A DNA stretch of 36,311 nt, taken from positions 1 to 36,311 of the forward strand of contig JASFYO010000045.1 of the NCBI GenBank assembly GCA_045047305.1. Direction: 5' to 3'. This document shows positions 1-9,521 of this stretch, piece by piece. Both the position numbers and the translations under genes were made by a program. Position 1 is the stretch's first letter; each line of letters opens with the position of its first letter. The DNA is from Planctomycetota bacterium. GTDB taxonomy: Bacteria > Planctomycetota > UBA1135. The notes below the pieces were generated by a model. It ran no database searches and was not told the origin of the DNA. It saw nothing but the letters and a program-made list of their open reading frames with translations.

Positions 1-424
1 AATCCAAGCCACAATGGGTAGCGGTACATGCAACGACCTTGACGCGGTCTAAGTTCTCATCTTCCACGCGCGCCTCTAAGTGTTTCAACATAGCGGGCGA
101 CAGATCCACGGCATAAACCGTGCCATCGGCACCTACAGCTTCCTGAAAATTGGGCTCAAATAATCCTGTACCAGCTCCGATATCGGCAACTTGCATGCCT
201 GGAGTGATCTTGAGCGCCGCCAGGACCTGGTCTCGAGCAGCACTGATTTCACGCGACTCGCCCTCAAAAATGGCCACAAAGGTTTCCATATCTTCGGGCG
301 TGGCATCCAAAAAGGGATCGTTAATCCCTGGCTTTACCGACTGCTCGGGAGCTTGGCAGGCTGCAAAACCCAGCAGTGGCAAGGTTGCTGCGAGGATGAG
401 TGTGGGATAGGGAAGAACGGCCAT
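1..424 (-). CDS. Class I SAM-dependent methyltransferase with predicted lipoprotein signal peptide (partial, runs off the window start)
   Basis: Not in the ORF track. Translated by hand from ATG 424: MAVLPYPTLILAATLPLLGFAACQAPEQ...PGMQVADIGAGTGLF...VYAVDLS. Contains the SAM-binding DxGxGxG motif and a lipobox-like FAAC, and is open to the window edge. Confidence 0.88.
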   Translation of the reverse strand, partial: MAVLPYPTLILAATLPLLGFAACQAPEQSVKPGINDPFLDATPEDMETFVAIFEGESREISAARDQVLAALKITPGMQVADIGAGTGLFEPNFQEAVGADGTVYAVDLSPAMLKHLEARVEDENLDRVKVVACTATHCGLD

Positions 425-429
425 AGCGG

Positions 430-435
430 ATTCTA
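430..435 (-). promoter_or_regulatory. -10 box TAGAAT, leaderless-type promoter of the methyltransferase
   Basis: TAGAAT lies 5 nt before ATG 424; no Shine-Dalgarno. Confidence 0.55.
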
Positions 436-457
436 TGGCCTTTCGAGTGAGCACAGG

Positions 458-667
458 TTAATCGCCCTGCTTCACGCCGCGGGTGGCGTTATCCCAACCA
501 GATCCGCCTTGATCCCCACCTAACATGGATGCGCCCTGTTGAGTTTCCACGATTTTGGGATAGGAAGTCTTAGTCGCGCGGCCGGAGCTGGATTCCGGCA
601 TAGTACAAGAGGTGCTAAGGGTGGCCACACCAAGGAATAGGGCACAAAGTGAGAAGAAACGGCGCAT
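458..667 (-). CDS. Small hypothetical lipoprotein (69 aa)
   Basis: MRR, then a hydrophobic stretch, then a lipobox-like LSTSC. Fills the gap between the methyltransferase and fumarase and has its own -10 box. Confidence 0.7.
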   Translation of the reverse strand: MRRFFSLCALFLGVATLSTSCTMPESSSGRATKTSYPKIVETQQGASMLGGDQGGSGWDNATRGVKQGD

Positions 668-673
668 GCTAAG

Positions 674-679
674 ATTCTA
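674..679 (-). promoter_or_regulatory. -10 box TAGAAT, leaderless-type promoter of the small lipoprotein
   Basis: TAGAAT lies 6 nt before ATG 667. Confidence 0.55.
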
Positions 680-725
680 CGGGACAAAGCCGTGAGCGTT
701 GGCAGGTCCTATGATGGAGCGCAAG

Positions 726-2366
<1,641 letters not shown>

Positions 2367-2441
2367 CCCAAAGAGTGGCGGGGTTACGTCGTTTCCTCCC
2401 TATACGCCGCGCCACTGCTTGCTTGCCGCCGACTGCCTCTC

Positions 2442-2960
2442 ATGCATGATTTGGGATTCCCTGGCTGGATTCCCGACCAAGAGTTTTGGAATCCCACCAC
2501 CTACGCAGAACTATTTGATTCGCGCTGCCCAGCCCCCCAACCGGAACTCTCTGGTTTGGAAGCGCAAGAACTTCAAGCACGCATTATCGAAACCGATAAG
2601 CGCACGGTATTCAATGCCAGCGTAAGCGTCCTCCAAGATGCTGGTTATGTACTGCAAAATGCTGATTACGAAACCGGACTTATCACTGCAGCTGGTCAAA
2701 CCAAAGACAACACCAACCTCTTTGGGGATCTAGCGTCCAGGTCTTCTTCCGTGCAAACCACCGCCTCTGTCTTTGAAGAGCCTTGGAACCGCAGCGGAAC
2801 TCGCATCCGTGTCAGTTTCGTCGAGGCCGAAAGAATGTCTGGTCAATACGGTCAATCAACCAACTCCGATCACACGATTTACTCGGCCGAGGTGTATCGA
2901 AATTTTTTCAACGAGCTGGATAAAGCCATCTTTGTTCGTAGCAATACCGGCGCACGCTGA
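2442..2960 (+). CDS. Hypothetical protein resembling lipoprotein-like envelope proteins; start uncertain
   Basis: The core ELQARIIETDKRTVFNASVSVLQDAGYVLQNADYETGLITA looks like a conserved alpha/beta envelope-protein domain. The first ~30 aa are atypical and lack a clear signal peptide. Confidence 0.65.
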   Translation: MHDLGFPGWIPDQEFWNPTTYAELFDSRCPAPQPELSGLEAQELQARIIETDKRTVFNASVSVLQDAGYVLQNADYETGLITAAGQTKDNTNLFGDLASRSSSVQTTASVFEEPWNRSGTRIRVSFVEAERMSGQYGQSTNSDHTIYSAEVYRNFFNELDKAIFVRSNTGAR

Positions 2961-2968
2961 GCCAAATC

Positions 2969-2992
2969 AAAGGTGCTGGAACCAGCGTTTTT
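2969..2992 (+). terminator. Possible intrinsic terminator
   Basis: GCTG-GAAC-CAGC hairpin, extendable with G-U pairs, followed by GTTTTT; begins 8 nt after the stop at 2960. Confidence 0.45.
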
Positions 2993-3122
2993 GCTTCCAC
3001 CTTCGCCAAACAAGTAGGCCTAACCCTTGCCGCGATGGATCGACTCATGATGCAAAGCCATATTCCCTATACCTGTTTTAGAAAAGACTCTCTACCCCAC
3101 GGGGCGAGTACTGAAGTCCTTC

Positions 3123-3146
3123 AACATTAAGGAAACTCTGATTAAG
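3123..3146 (+). repeat. Dispersed intergenic motif resembling an IS5-type terminal inverted repeat (copy 1)
   Basis: AACATTAAGGAAACTCTGATTAAG is 21/24 identical to 23552-23575, with an exact 15-mer AAGGAAACTCTGATT. Confidence 0.55.
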
Positions 3147-3148
3147 AG

Positions 3149-4258
3149 TTACTCGCCTTGAAAACGAACGCAAAGAATAGGGGGAAGGTGCTTACTGATA
3201 GCCTGCCAGCTGTCGCCTTGATCCTCGCTGACCCACAAACTTCCTGTGGTGCTGCCAAAGGCGAGCACGTCTCCACTTGCATCAATGTCTAAAGCGTGGC
3301 GGTAAACCAAATCATAAGCCGGTGGTTGCGGAAGCCCTTGATGGAGGGTTTCAAAGGTTTTCCCACCGTCGCGGGTTCGATTTACGACCACGCGAGCATC
3401 CACTGGCACGCGTTGTTCATCCTTCACCGCAGGCACAAACCATGCGGTTTGAGGGTCGGTCGGGTGAACCGCAACGGCAAAACCAAAACTCGATGGCGCA
3501 ACATTCTCAACCTCATCCCAGTGCACACCTCCATCGATGCTGCGAAAGATTCCATTGTGATGCTGCATCCACATTGCATCTGGATTCGCTGCGCACTGCA
3601 CGATGCAGTGTGGATCCTGGCTTAAGGGGTCGCGCATTAGCTCCTCTGGCATATACGCCGCACGTAAGCCTTCGCCAATAAGCTCCCAGCTTTTACCGCC
3701 GTCATGGGTCGTCCAAACTCCACCCACAGAAACCCCAATCGTGACATGTTGGCTGTCTCGAGGGTCCACCAAAATGGAGTGGATTGCGGCAAAATCGTAG
3801 CCCCCACCAAACCATTTCTGGCGACGCGGGTCATCCCATAAAGAACGCACCAACTCCCACGACTCCCCGTCGTCGCTGGAATGGAATAAGCCACCAGGAA
3901 GAGTCCCGCACCATAGTTCACCTGGAGCTCCTTTGCTGTATGCCCAAACCAATTTATTGCTCCACGGTAAATCGATTCCACGTCCTGGGTCTTTATCCAC
4001 CACCCCTTCCGGCTTCGCTGGATAGCTCGGAGTGGTCGTCTCTGACCAGGTAGCGCCGCAATCTAGGGAGCGTTGCATCTTTACCCCGAAGTGACCTAAA
4101 TCCAAAGCCGCATCCACGCGTTTGCCATCAGCCTCGGGAGCAACCATGGAAACTGGGTCGCCGAGAAACCAGTTTTGTTCCATGCCCCATTTCCCAGAGC
4201 CATCACGCTGCATCAGGAATAACCCTTTGCGCGTTCCAATCCATAATTTATTCTTCAT
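3149..4258 (-). CDS. Cytoplasmic BNR/Asp-box beta-propeller protein (often annotated exo-alpha-sialidase)
   Basis: Repeated Asp-boxes (SLDCGATW, SSDDGESW, THDGGKSW, SIDGGVHW, TRDGGKTF, SEDQGDSW) and no signal peptide. ATG 4258 is 1 nt after the stop of the MoaD-like gene. Confidence 0.88.
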   Translation of the reverse strand: MKNKLWIGTRKGLFLMQRDGSGKWGMEQNWFLGDPVSMVAPEADGKRVDAALDLGHFGVKMQRSLDCGATWSETTTPSYPAKPEGVVDKDPGRGIDLPWSNKLVWAYSKGAPGELWCGTLPGGLFHSSDDGESWELVRSLWDDPRRQKWFGGGYDFAAIHSILVDPRDSQHVTIGVSVGGVWTTHDGGKSWELIGEGLRAAYMPEELMRDPLSQDPHCIVQCAANPDAMWMQHHNGIFRSIDGGVHWDEVENVAPSSFGFAVAVHPTDPQTAWFVPAVKDEQRVPVDARVVVNRTRDGGKTFETLHQGLPQPPAYDLVYRHALDIDASGDVLAFGSTTGSLWVSEDQGDSWQAISKHLPPILCVRFQGE

Positions 4259-4259
4259 C

Positions 4260-4529
4260 TCATCCTCCGGAAAGGGCTTGAGCGACAAAGACTTCATCGC
4301 TTACCGTGACCACATCTGTTTGCGTGACACGGTCAGAAATCATGTCGCCATTCAGGAAGATGGTGACGTGCTTGCGCACTTCGCCTTGATCATCAAGAAT
4401 GTAACTTTGGACCTGCGGGTACTCCACAAAGTAAGCGCGTAATGCCTCGCGCACAGTGCCCCCCTTCACTTCCAAGGTAGGGGCCTGGACGTGGCGCAAC
4501 AAATTCTGAGTAAAAATCAACTTAACCAT
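4260..4529 (-). CDS. MoaD/ThiS family ubiquitin-like (beta-grasp) protein
   Basis: 89 aa from ATG 4529: MVKLIFTQNLLRH...GGTVREAL...HVTIFLNG...DEVFVAQALSGG*, ending in a C-terminal Gly-Gly. Confidence 0.92.
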   Translation of the reverse strand: MVKLIFTQNLLRHVQAPTLEVKGGTVREALRAYFVEYPQVQSYILDDQGEVRKHVTIFLNGDMISDRVTQTDVVTVSDEVFVAQALSGG

Positions 4530-4637
4530 GCTGTAAAAGCGATGTTGCTGCAGGGGGAACCCTCCTCGAGGTGAGAAAGGGCTAGCGCAGCAGCGGAGTT
4601 TCCCTATTGCATGAAAACAGCATAGCATCCAACACGT

Positions 4638-4643
4638 TAGGCT
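4638..4643 (+). promoter_or_regulatory. -10 box TAGGCT, leaderless-type promoter
   Basis: Lies 7 nt before TTG 4651. Confidence 0.45.
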
Positions 4644-4650
4644 AGAACAC

Positions 4651-7600
4651 TTGACCAAACCACCTTATCTCCTACCGCCGGATTCAGGGTCTGGAAGAAG
4701 GGGCTTTGAAACACTCATGCCCTATCGCGTGGAGGAAGTGGTGTTGGTTTCGAGCTTATACGACTCCTTTATTTTGCAAGAAGACGGCCAAGTTGCAGAG
4801 CTCTTGCTAAAAGGCGGAGAGCTTGCCATGCGCGATGCTCCTCAGATTGTGCGCATCGCAGATGCAGAAGACGCCTTAAGCCACATCGCCAAATCGCGGC
4901 GCAATATATTGGTCATTGTCACCCCGCAAATGGGCGGGATTGATCCAGTGGATTTTGCACAAGAGGTTAAGCAACATGCTGGTGCTGTCCCCGTGGTTTT
5001 GCTTGGATACGATGCCGCCGCCACACGCAGCTTGCTCGAACGCGCCACTCACAACCCCTTCGACGGCGTGTTCCTCTGGTCCGGCGACACGCGTATTCTC
5101 AATGCAATCGTGACCTTAGTTGAGGACCGCGCCAACTGTCTGCATGATTGTGTACAAGTCGGCGTGCGCTGCATTTTGCTGGTTGAAGATTCACTCAACT
5201 TCCTCTCTTCTTATCTGCCCCTACTCTATTCAGAAATTCTTCACCAGTCACGCAGTGCATTAACCGAAGGCCTAAACCTACCTGACAAACTACAGCGCCT
5301 TCGTGCGCGCCCAAAATTACTCCTTGCGCGCGATCTCCGCAATGCGCGGGACCTGTTTGATGAGTACCGGGAACATATGCTCGGTGTCATCTCCGACGTT
5401 GGGATTCCGCGCGCTCGCAACTCACACAAACCCGATGCCACCGCCGGCGCGGAGTTCGTGCAACATGTTCGACGGATAACTCCGGAACTTCCTGTGATGA
5501 TGCAGTCCGCACGGGCAGACAATGCAGAACTTGCGCAAGCCTTGGGTGTAACCTTCGTGCAAAAGGATTCGAGCATATTACATCAGGAAATGCGCAATTT
5601 TTTGCTCGATCACTTCGGCTTTGGGCCCTTTCATTTCCCCACGGAAGCTGGACACGCTGAGATTTATGCTCAATCACTGCAGGAGCTAGAAGCCGCGGTT
5701 TTTGAGGTGTCGGCAGGCTCCTTGCTGGAACTTGCCAAACAAAAACGGTTCTCCACGTGGCTCCGAGCGCGCACGCACTTTCGCCTGGCCAATGCTTTAG
5801 AGGCGAAACCGGCAGCTTCCTTTCAGGACGGCGAAGAACTCCGTACCTACTTGCTTGATGCCTTACGCCGAGCGCGAATCCACATGCAACGTGGCGCGAT
5901 TGTGGATTTCCACCGCGCCACCTACGACGAGACCATTCACTTTGCGCGTATTGGAAATGGCTCCTTAGGCGGGAAAGCTCGTGGCCTGGCTTTCGTGAAT
6001 CGCTTGCTACCGTCCTTTCTGCCCGAGGGCGACTTGAAAAATGTGCGTGTGGTGGTACCTCGCAGTGTAGTTTTGACCACTGAAGTTTTTGACCAATTCT
6101 TGCGCCGCAATCAATTGCAACACGTGGCATTGGGCATGGAGTTCGATCAAACCGAACGCGTCACGCGTTTCATGCACGGACGTTTCGCTTCTAAGGTGAC
6201 TTCGGATTTCCGCAGCATTCTACGCACCATGCATGGACCGCTTGCGATTCGTTCGTCCAGTTTACTCGAAGATTCACATCATCAACCCTTTGCCGGAATC
6301 TATGAAACTGTGATGATCCGCAACGTCGGCAGTGAGCGTGAACGTTTGGCTGAACTCTGCGATGCAGTGAAGCGCGTTTACGCCTCCACGTACTCCAATC
6401 GCGCCCACGCCTACCGCAACGCCACTGCATATAGACATGAGGAGGAAAAGATGGCCGTCATCATTCAGCCGGTATTCGGGCGCGAGCATCACGGGCGCGT
6501 TTACCCCAGCTTTTCTGGTGTGGCACGTTCGCACAACTACTACCCTTATGGTGACTGCAAACCAGAGGACGGAGTTTGCATTGTGGCGCTTGGACTCGGG
6601 CGCCTACTTGTGGCGGGAGAGGGCGGTATTCGATTCTGCCCACAGCGCCCGCAAAGTCTCCCTGAGTTCTCCGCGGTGGACGACATCTTGCAGAACGCCC
6701 AACGCTACTTTTATGCACTCCCCTTAAGCGATCCGAAGCAAGCACAGCACATCATCGAAGGGGCAAGTTGCATCGACCCTTTCCAGCCTTGTCGATATCC
6801 AATCCCGGAGGCGGAACGGGACGGGGTCCTACAGAATCTCGCATCGACCTATCTCAGCGAAGACCACCGCATCACCGACGGGGTTTCCCGCAGCGGCCGA
6901 CGCCTTGTCACTTTCGCCAGCATTCTGAAGCACGGTTCCTTCCCCCTTGCGCCCTTAGTGCAGCAAATTTTGAAAGTTGGACAAGAAGCGATGGGGTGTC
7001 CGGTGGAAGTCGAGTTCGCAGTAGATCTTGAGTTTCCAAGCGGTCAGCCCCAACAACTTGGGCTTTTACAGATTCGTCCCTTGGCCCTTTCTGAAGCAGA
7101 AATACACCTCGATATCGAGAATTTCAAGCCGGAGCAACAGCTCTGCCAAAGCGATCGCGCACTCGGTAATGGACGCATCGCCGGCATCCGCGATATCTTA
7201 TTTGTCGACCCTGCCGACTTCGACCGCAGCTCCAGCTTGGCCACCGCCCAGCAAATCGCCAAGTTGAATGCACAGCTCAAAAACCATGAACGGCCCTACC
7301 TTTTAGTCGGCCCCGGACGTTGGGGCTCGCAAGACCCGTGGCTCGGGATTGGCGTGGATTGGAGCGAAATCAGCCAAGCACGAGTACTGGTGGAAACTGG
7401 ATTTGAAGGCATGCGAGTCACGCCATCGGAGGGCTCGCACTTCTTTCACAACATCACTTCCTTCCGCGTGGGTTACTTCACCGTGAACCCACATACCAAG
7501 GAAGGAAGTCTGGATTTGGATTGGCTACGCAGTCGACCGCAACGCGAGATTTATTCCCATGGTGTGCAGCATATTCGGCTTGAGCAACCGCTGGAAGTGC

Positions 7601-7665
7601 TCCTCGACGGACGTGCAGCACGCGGGGTCATCTTGAAAGGTGAAAGCTCGTCAAACCGCTCATAA
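4651..7665 (+). CDS. Receiver-domain-containing PEP synthase/PPDK-like ATP-grasp protein with a C-terminal phosphohistidine-like domain
   Basis: Receiver-like segments (ILLVEDS...VISDV...MQS...QK), PPDK N-terminal motifs GSLGGKARGL, PLAIRSSSLLEDS, FAGIYET, MAVIIQ and PVEVEFA/LLQIRP, and C-terminal GPGRWGS and EGSHFF. No PEP-binding barrel. Confidence 0.85.
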   Translation: MTKPPYLLPPDSGSGRRGFETLMPYRVEEVVLVSSLYDSFILQEDGQVAELLLKGGELAMRDAPQIVRIADAEDALSHIAKSRRNILVIVTPQMGGIDPVDFAQEVKQHAGAVPVVLLGYDAAATRSLLERATHNPFDGVFLWSGDTRILNAIVTLVEDRANCLHDCVQVGVRCILLVEDSLNFLSSYLPLLYSEILHQSRSALTEGLNLPDKLQRLRARPKLLLARDLRNARDLFDEYREHMLGVISDVGIPRARNSHKPDATAGAEFVQHVRRITPELPVMMQSARADNAELAQALGVTFVQKDSSILHQEMRNFLLDHFGFGPFHFPTEAGHAEIYAQSLQELEAAVFEVSAGSLLELAKQKRFSTWLRARTHFRLANALEAKPAASFQDGEELRTYLLDALRRARIHMQRGAIVDFHRATYDETIHFARIGNGSLGGKARGLAFVNRLLPSFLPEGDLKNVRVVVPRSVVLTTEVFDQFLRRNQLQHVALGMEFDQTERVTRFMHGRFASKVTSDFRSILRTMHGPLAIRSSSLLEDSHHQPFAGIYETVMIRNVGSERERLAELCDAVKRVYASTYSNRAHAYRNATAYRHEEEKMAVIIQPVFGREHHGRVYPSFSGVARSHNYYPYGDCKPEDGVCIVALGLGRLLVAGEGGIRFCPQRPQSLPEFSAVDDILQNAQRYFYALPLSDPKQAQHIIEGASCIDPFQPCRYPIPEAERDGVLQNLASTYLSEDHRITDGVSRSGRRLVTFASILKHGSFPLAPLVQQILKVGQEAMGCPVEVEFAVDLEFPSGQPQQLGLLQIRPLALSEAEIHLDIENFKPEQQLCQSDRALGNGRIAGIRDILFVDPADFDRSSSLATAQQIAKLNAQLKNHERPYLLVGPGRWGSQDPWLGIGVDWSEISQARVLVETGFEGMRVTPSEGSHFFHNITSFRVGYFTVNPHTKEGSLDLDWLRSRPQREIYSHGVQHIRLEQPLEVLLDGRAARGVILKGESSSNRS

Positions 7666-7679
7666 GTGCCATGCGAGGG

Positions 7680-7688
7680 TGTTAATAT
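7680..7688 (+). promoter_or_regulatory. Extended -10 box TG-T-TAATAT of the serine cluster
   Basis: TAATAT (7683-7688) lies 7 nt before GTG 7696 and is preceded by TGn. Confidence 0.55.
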
Positions 7689-7695
7689 TCCCTCC

Positions 7696-8451
7696 GTGAG
7701 CCTCACTCAGGGCTGGCCAGGAGCCAAAATTGTCTTTCTTGACTGCGATTCCACACTCGCAGGGATTGAGGGCATCGACGAGTTAGCTGCTCGACGTGGC
7801 GTCGACGTGGCTGGGTTAACGCGAGCCGCCATGTCTGGAGAGCTTCCGTTAGATGAGGTCTTCCGCAAGCGCTTGGAATCCATCGCGCCAACGCCTATAG
7901 ATGTGGAATGGGTGGTTTCCCGCTACTGCGAAACCGAGCTGGAAGACGCCAAAGCTGTCATCGCAAGCTTGTTAGCCCTCGGTATTGCCGTGCACGTGAT
8001 TTCAGGCGGGCTGTACCCTGCAGTGGAGCCTTTCGCGCGGCAACTTGGTGTTTCAAGTGGGGCAATCCATGCGGTGCCCTTTCCACTAGACGAAAACAAT
8101 TTGGCCGACGCCATCGACATCGCTTGCGCCCACCCGCTGGCTCGTGATGGTGGCAAACCTCAAATTATTACCGAGATTTGCGCCAAGCTGGATATCGATT
8201 TGAAGCAGGCCATGCTGGTCGGCGATGGCGCTTCTGACCTCGAAGCAGCCCCCATACTTGGCTTATTTGTTGGTTTCGGCGGCGTAGTCACGCGTAATCG
8301 TATTCGCGATGAAGCCCCCATATTCCTTCCTGGCCCTGCACTTGCCGGCGTAGCACTGCTCGCCGCCGGATCCGAACGCGCTTCTCAACTGAAAGCCGCC
8401 GATCCAGACCTCTTCACTGCTGCCCAACAGCAACTCGACCTCGTCTCATGA
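7696..8451 (+). CDS. serB: HAD-IB phosphatase, probable phosphoserine phosphatase
   Basis: Motif I DCDST, EGIDELA, TRAAMSG, ISGG, the conserved Lys, and motif IV VGDGASDLE. Stop overlaps the next start (ATGA) and the gene clusters with serA. Confidence 0.8.
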   Translation: MSLTQGWPGAKIVFLDCDSTLAGIEGIDELAARRGVDVAGLTRAAMSGELPLDEVFRKRLESIAPTPIDVEWVVSRYCETELEDAKAVIASLLALGIAVHVISGGLYPAVEPFARQLGVSSGAIHAVPFPLDENNLADAIDIACAHPLARDGGKPQIITEICAKLDIDLKQAMLVGDGASDLEAAPILGLFVGFGGVVTRNRIRDEAPIFLPGPALAGVALLAAGSERASQLKAADPDLFTAAQQQLDLVS

Positions 8452-9521
8452 AACTTTTCATTCCAGGCCCGACTCAGGTTCACCCCGACATCCTGCAACA
8501 GATGGCACGCCCTGCCATCGGTCATCGCACTCCTGAATGCGCCGCCTTATGGGCGCAAGCCCGCAGTGGTTTACGCAAGTTGATGCACACGCAAAACGAG
8601 GTGTTGATGCTAACCGCACCGGCATCCGCCATGATGGAAGCTGCCATTCGCAACTTGGTCGCGGGCTCCAGCCTGCACGTGGTAAACGGAGCCTTTAGCA
8701 AGCGCTGGAGAGACATTGCGCTGGCTAATGGCAAGGATGCCCACAGCTTAGAAATCCCTTGGGGCGAGGGCGTCGATGCCGACGGTTTGCGCGCCGCCTT
8801 GAAGGAGCGCAATTACGACGTCGTCACCATCGTGCATAACGAAACGTCTACCGGCACCATGACCCCCATGGGGCCACTAGCGGAAGTCATGAAAGACTTT
8901 CCACACACCCTGCTGTGCGTCGACACCGTCAGCTCGATGGCAGGAGCCCCAGTGTTGGTCGATGCATGGGGCATCGATGTTTGTCTCTTCGGATTGCAAA
9001 AGTGCCTAGCATTACCAGCTGGCATGGCGATGGCTTCGGTGAGCGCACGTGCGATGCATCGCGCTTCCGAAGTGCCCAACCGCGGTTGGTTTTTGGATTA
9101 TCTCAAGCTGGCGAAAGGAAATGAAAAGGAGCAATCGCCAACTACGCCATCAACTGCGCACCTTTATGCCTTGGTTGCGCAATTGAAGCGCATAGATGAA
9201 GAAGGATTAGAGAACCGCTGGCAACGGCACGCAGATATGGCGCAGGCCACACGCAAGTGGGCTGCTAGCCATGGATGGACGCCTTTCCCTCGAGAGGGAA
9301 ACCGTTCGGATACCGTCAGCTGTATCGCACGGGGTGATGGCCCTGATTTTGTCGGCGCCCTTGCCGCGTTGAAAGCAGAAGGTATTTTGGTTTCCAATGG
9401 CTACGGCGACCTCAAAAACAAGACCTTCCGTATCGGCCACATGGGTGAACATGACATGACCGACCTCACCGACCTCTTCACGCGCTTCGACGTCGCCCTC
9501 AACGCCGAGGTTCAAGCATGA
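8448..9521 (+). CDS. Class V PLP aminotransferase (AGT/SgaA type), probable phosphoserine aminotransferase
   Basis: LFIPGPT, VHNETSTG, VDTVSS, the PLP lysine in GLQKCLA, PTTP and FRIGHMG. Translationally coupled between serB and serA. Confidence 0.85.
   Translation: MKLFIPGPTQVHPDILQQMARPAIGHRTPECAALWAQARSGLRKLMHTQNEVLMLTAPASAMMEAAIRNLVAGSSLHVVNGAFSKRWRDIALANGKDAHSLEIPWGEGVDADGLRAALKERNYDVVTIVHNETSTGTMTPMGPLAEVMKDFPHTLLCVDTVSSMAGAPVLVDAWGIDVCLFGLQKCLALPAGMAMASVSARAMHRASEVPNRGWFLDYLKLAKGNEKEQSPTTPSTAHLYALVAQLKRIDEEGLENRWQRHADMAQATRKWAASHGWTPFPREGNRSDTVSCIARGDGPDFVGALAALKAEGILVSNGYGDLKNKTFRIGHMGEHDMTDLTDLFTRFDVALNAEVQA

Noticed and set aside
150..523. Plus-strand ORFs 150-410 and 191-523
   Set aside because: Antisense to the methyltransferase and the small lipoprotein, which have clear motifs.
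2942..3130. Short open frame in the intergenic region after 2960
   Set aside because: No recognisable similarity and no convincing start signal.
4530..4650. GC-rich foldable leader upstream of the MoaD-like gene as a Moco riboswitch
   Set aside because: Some pairing is possible, but I cannot match the conserved Moco/Wco elements; an Rfam/Infernal search would be needed.
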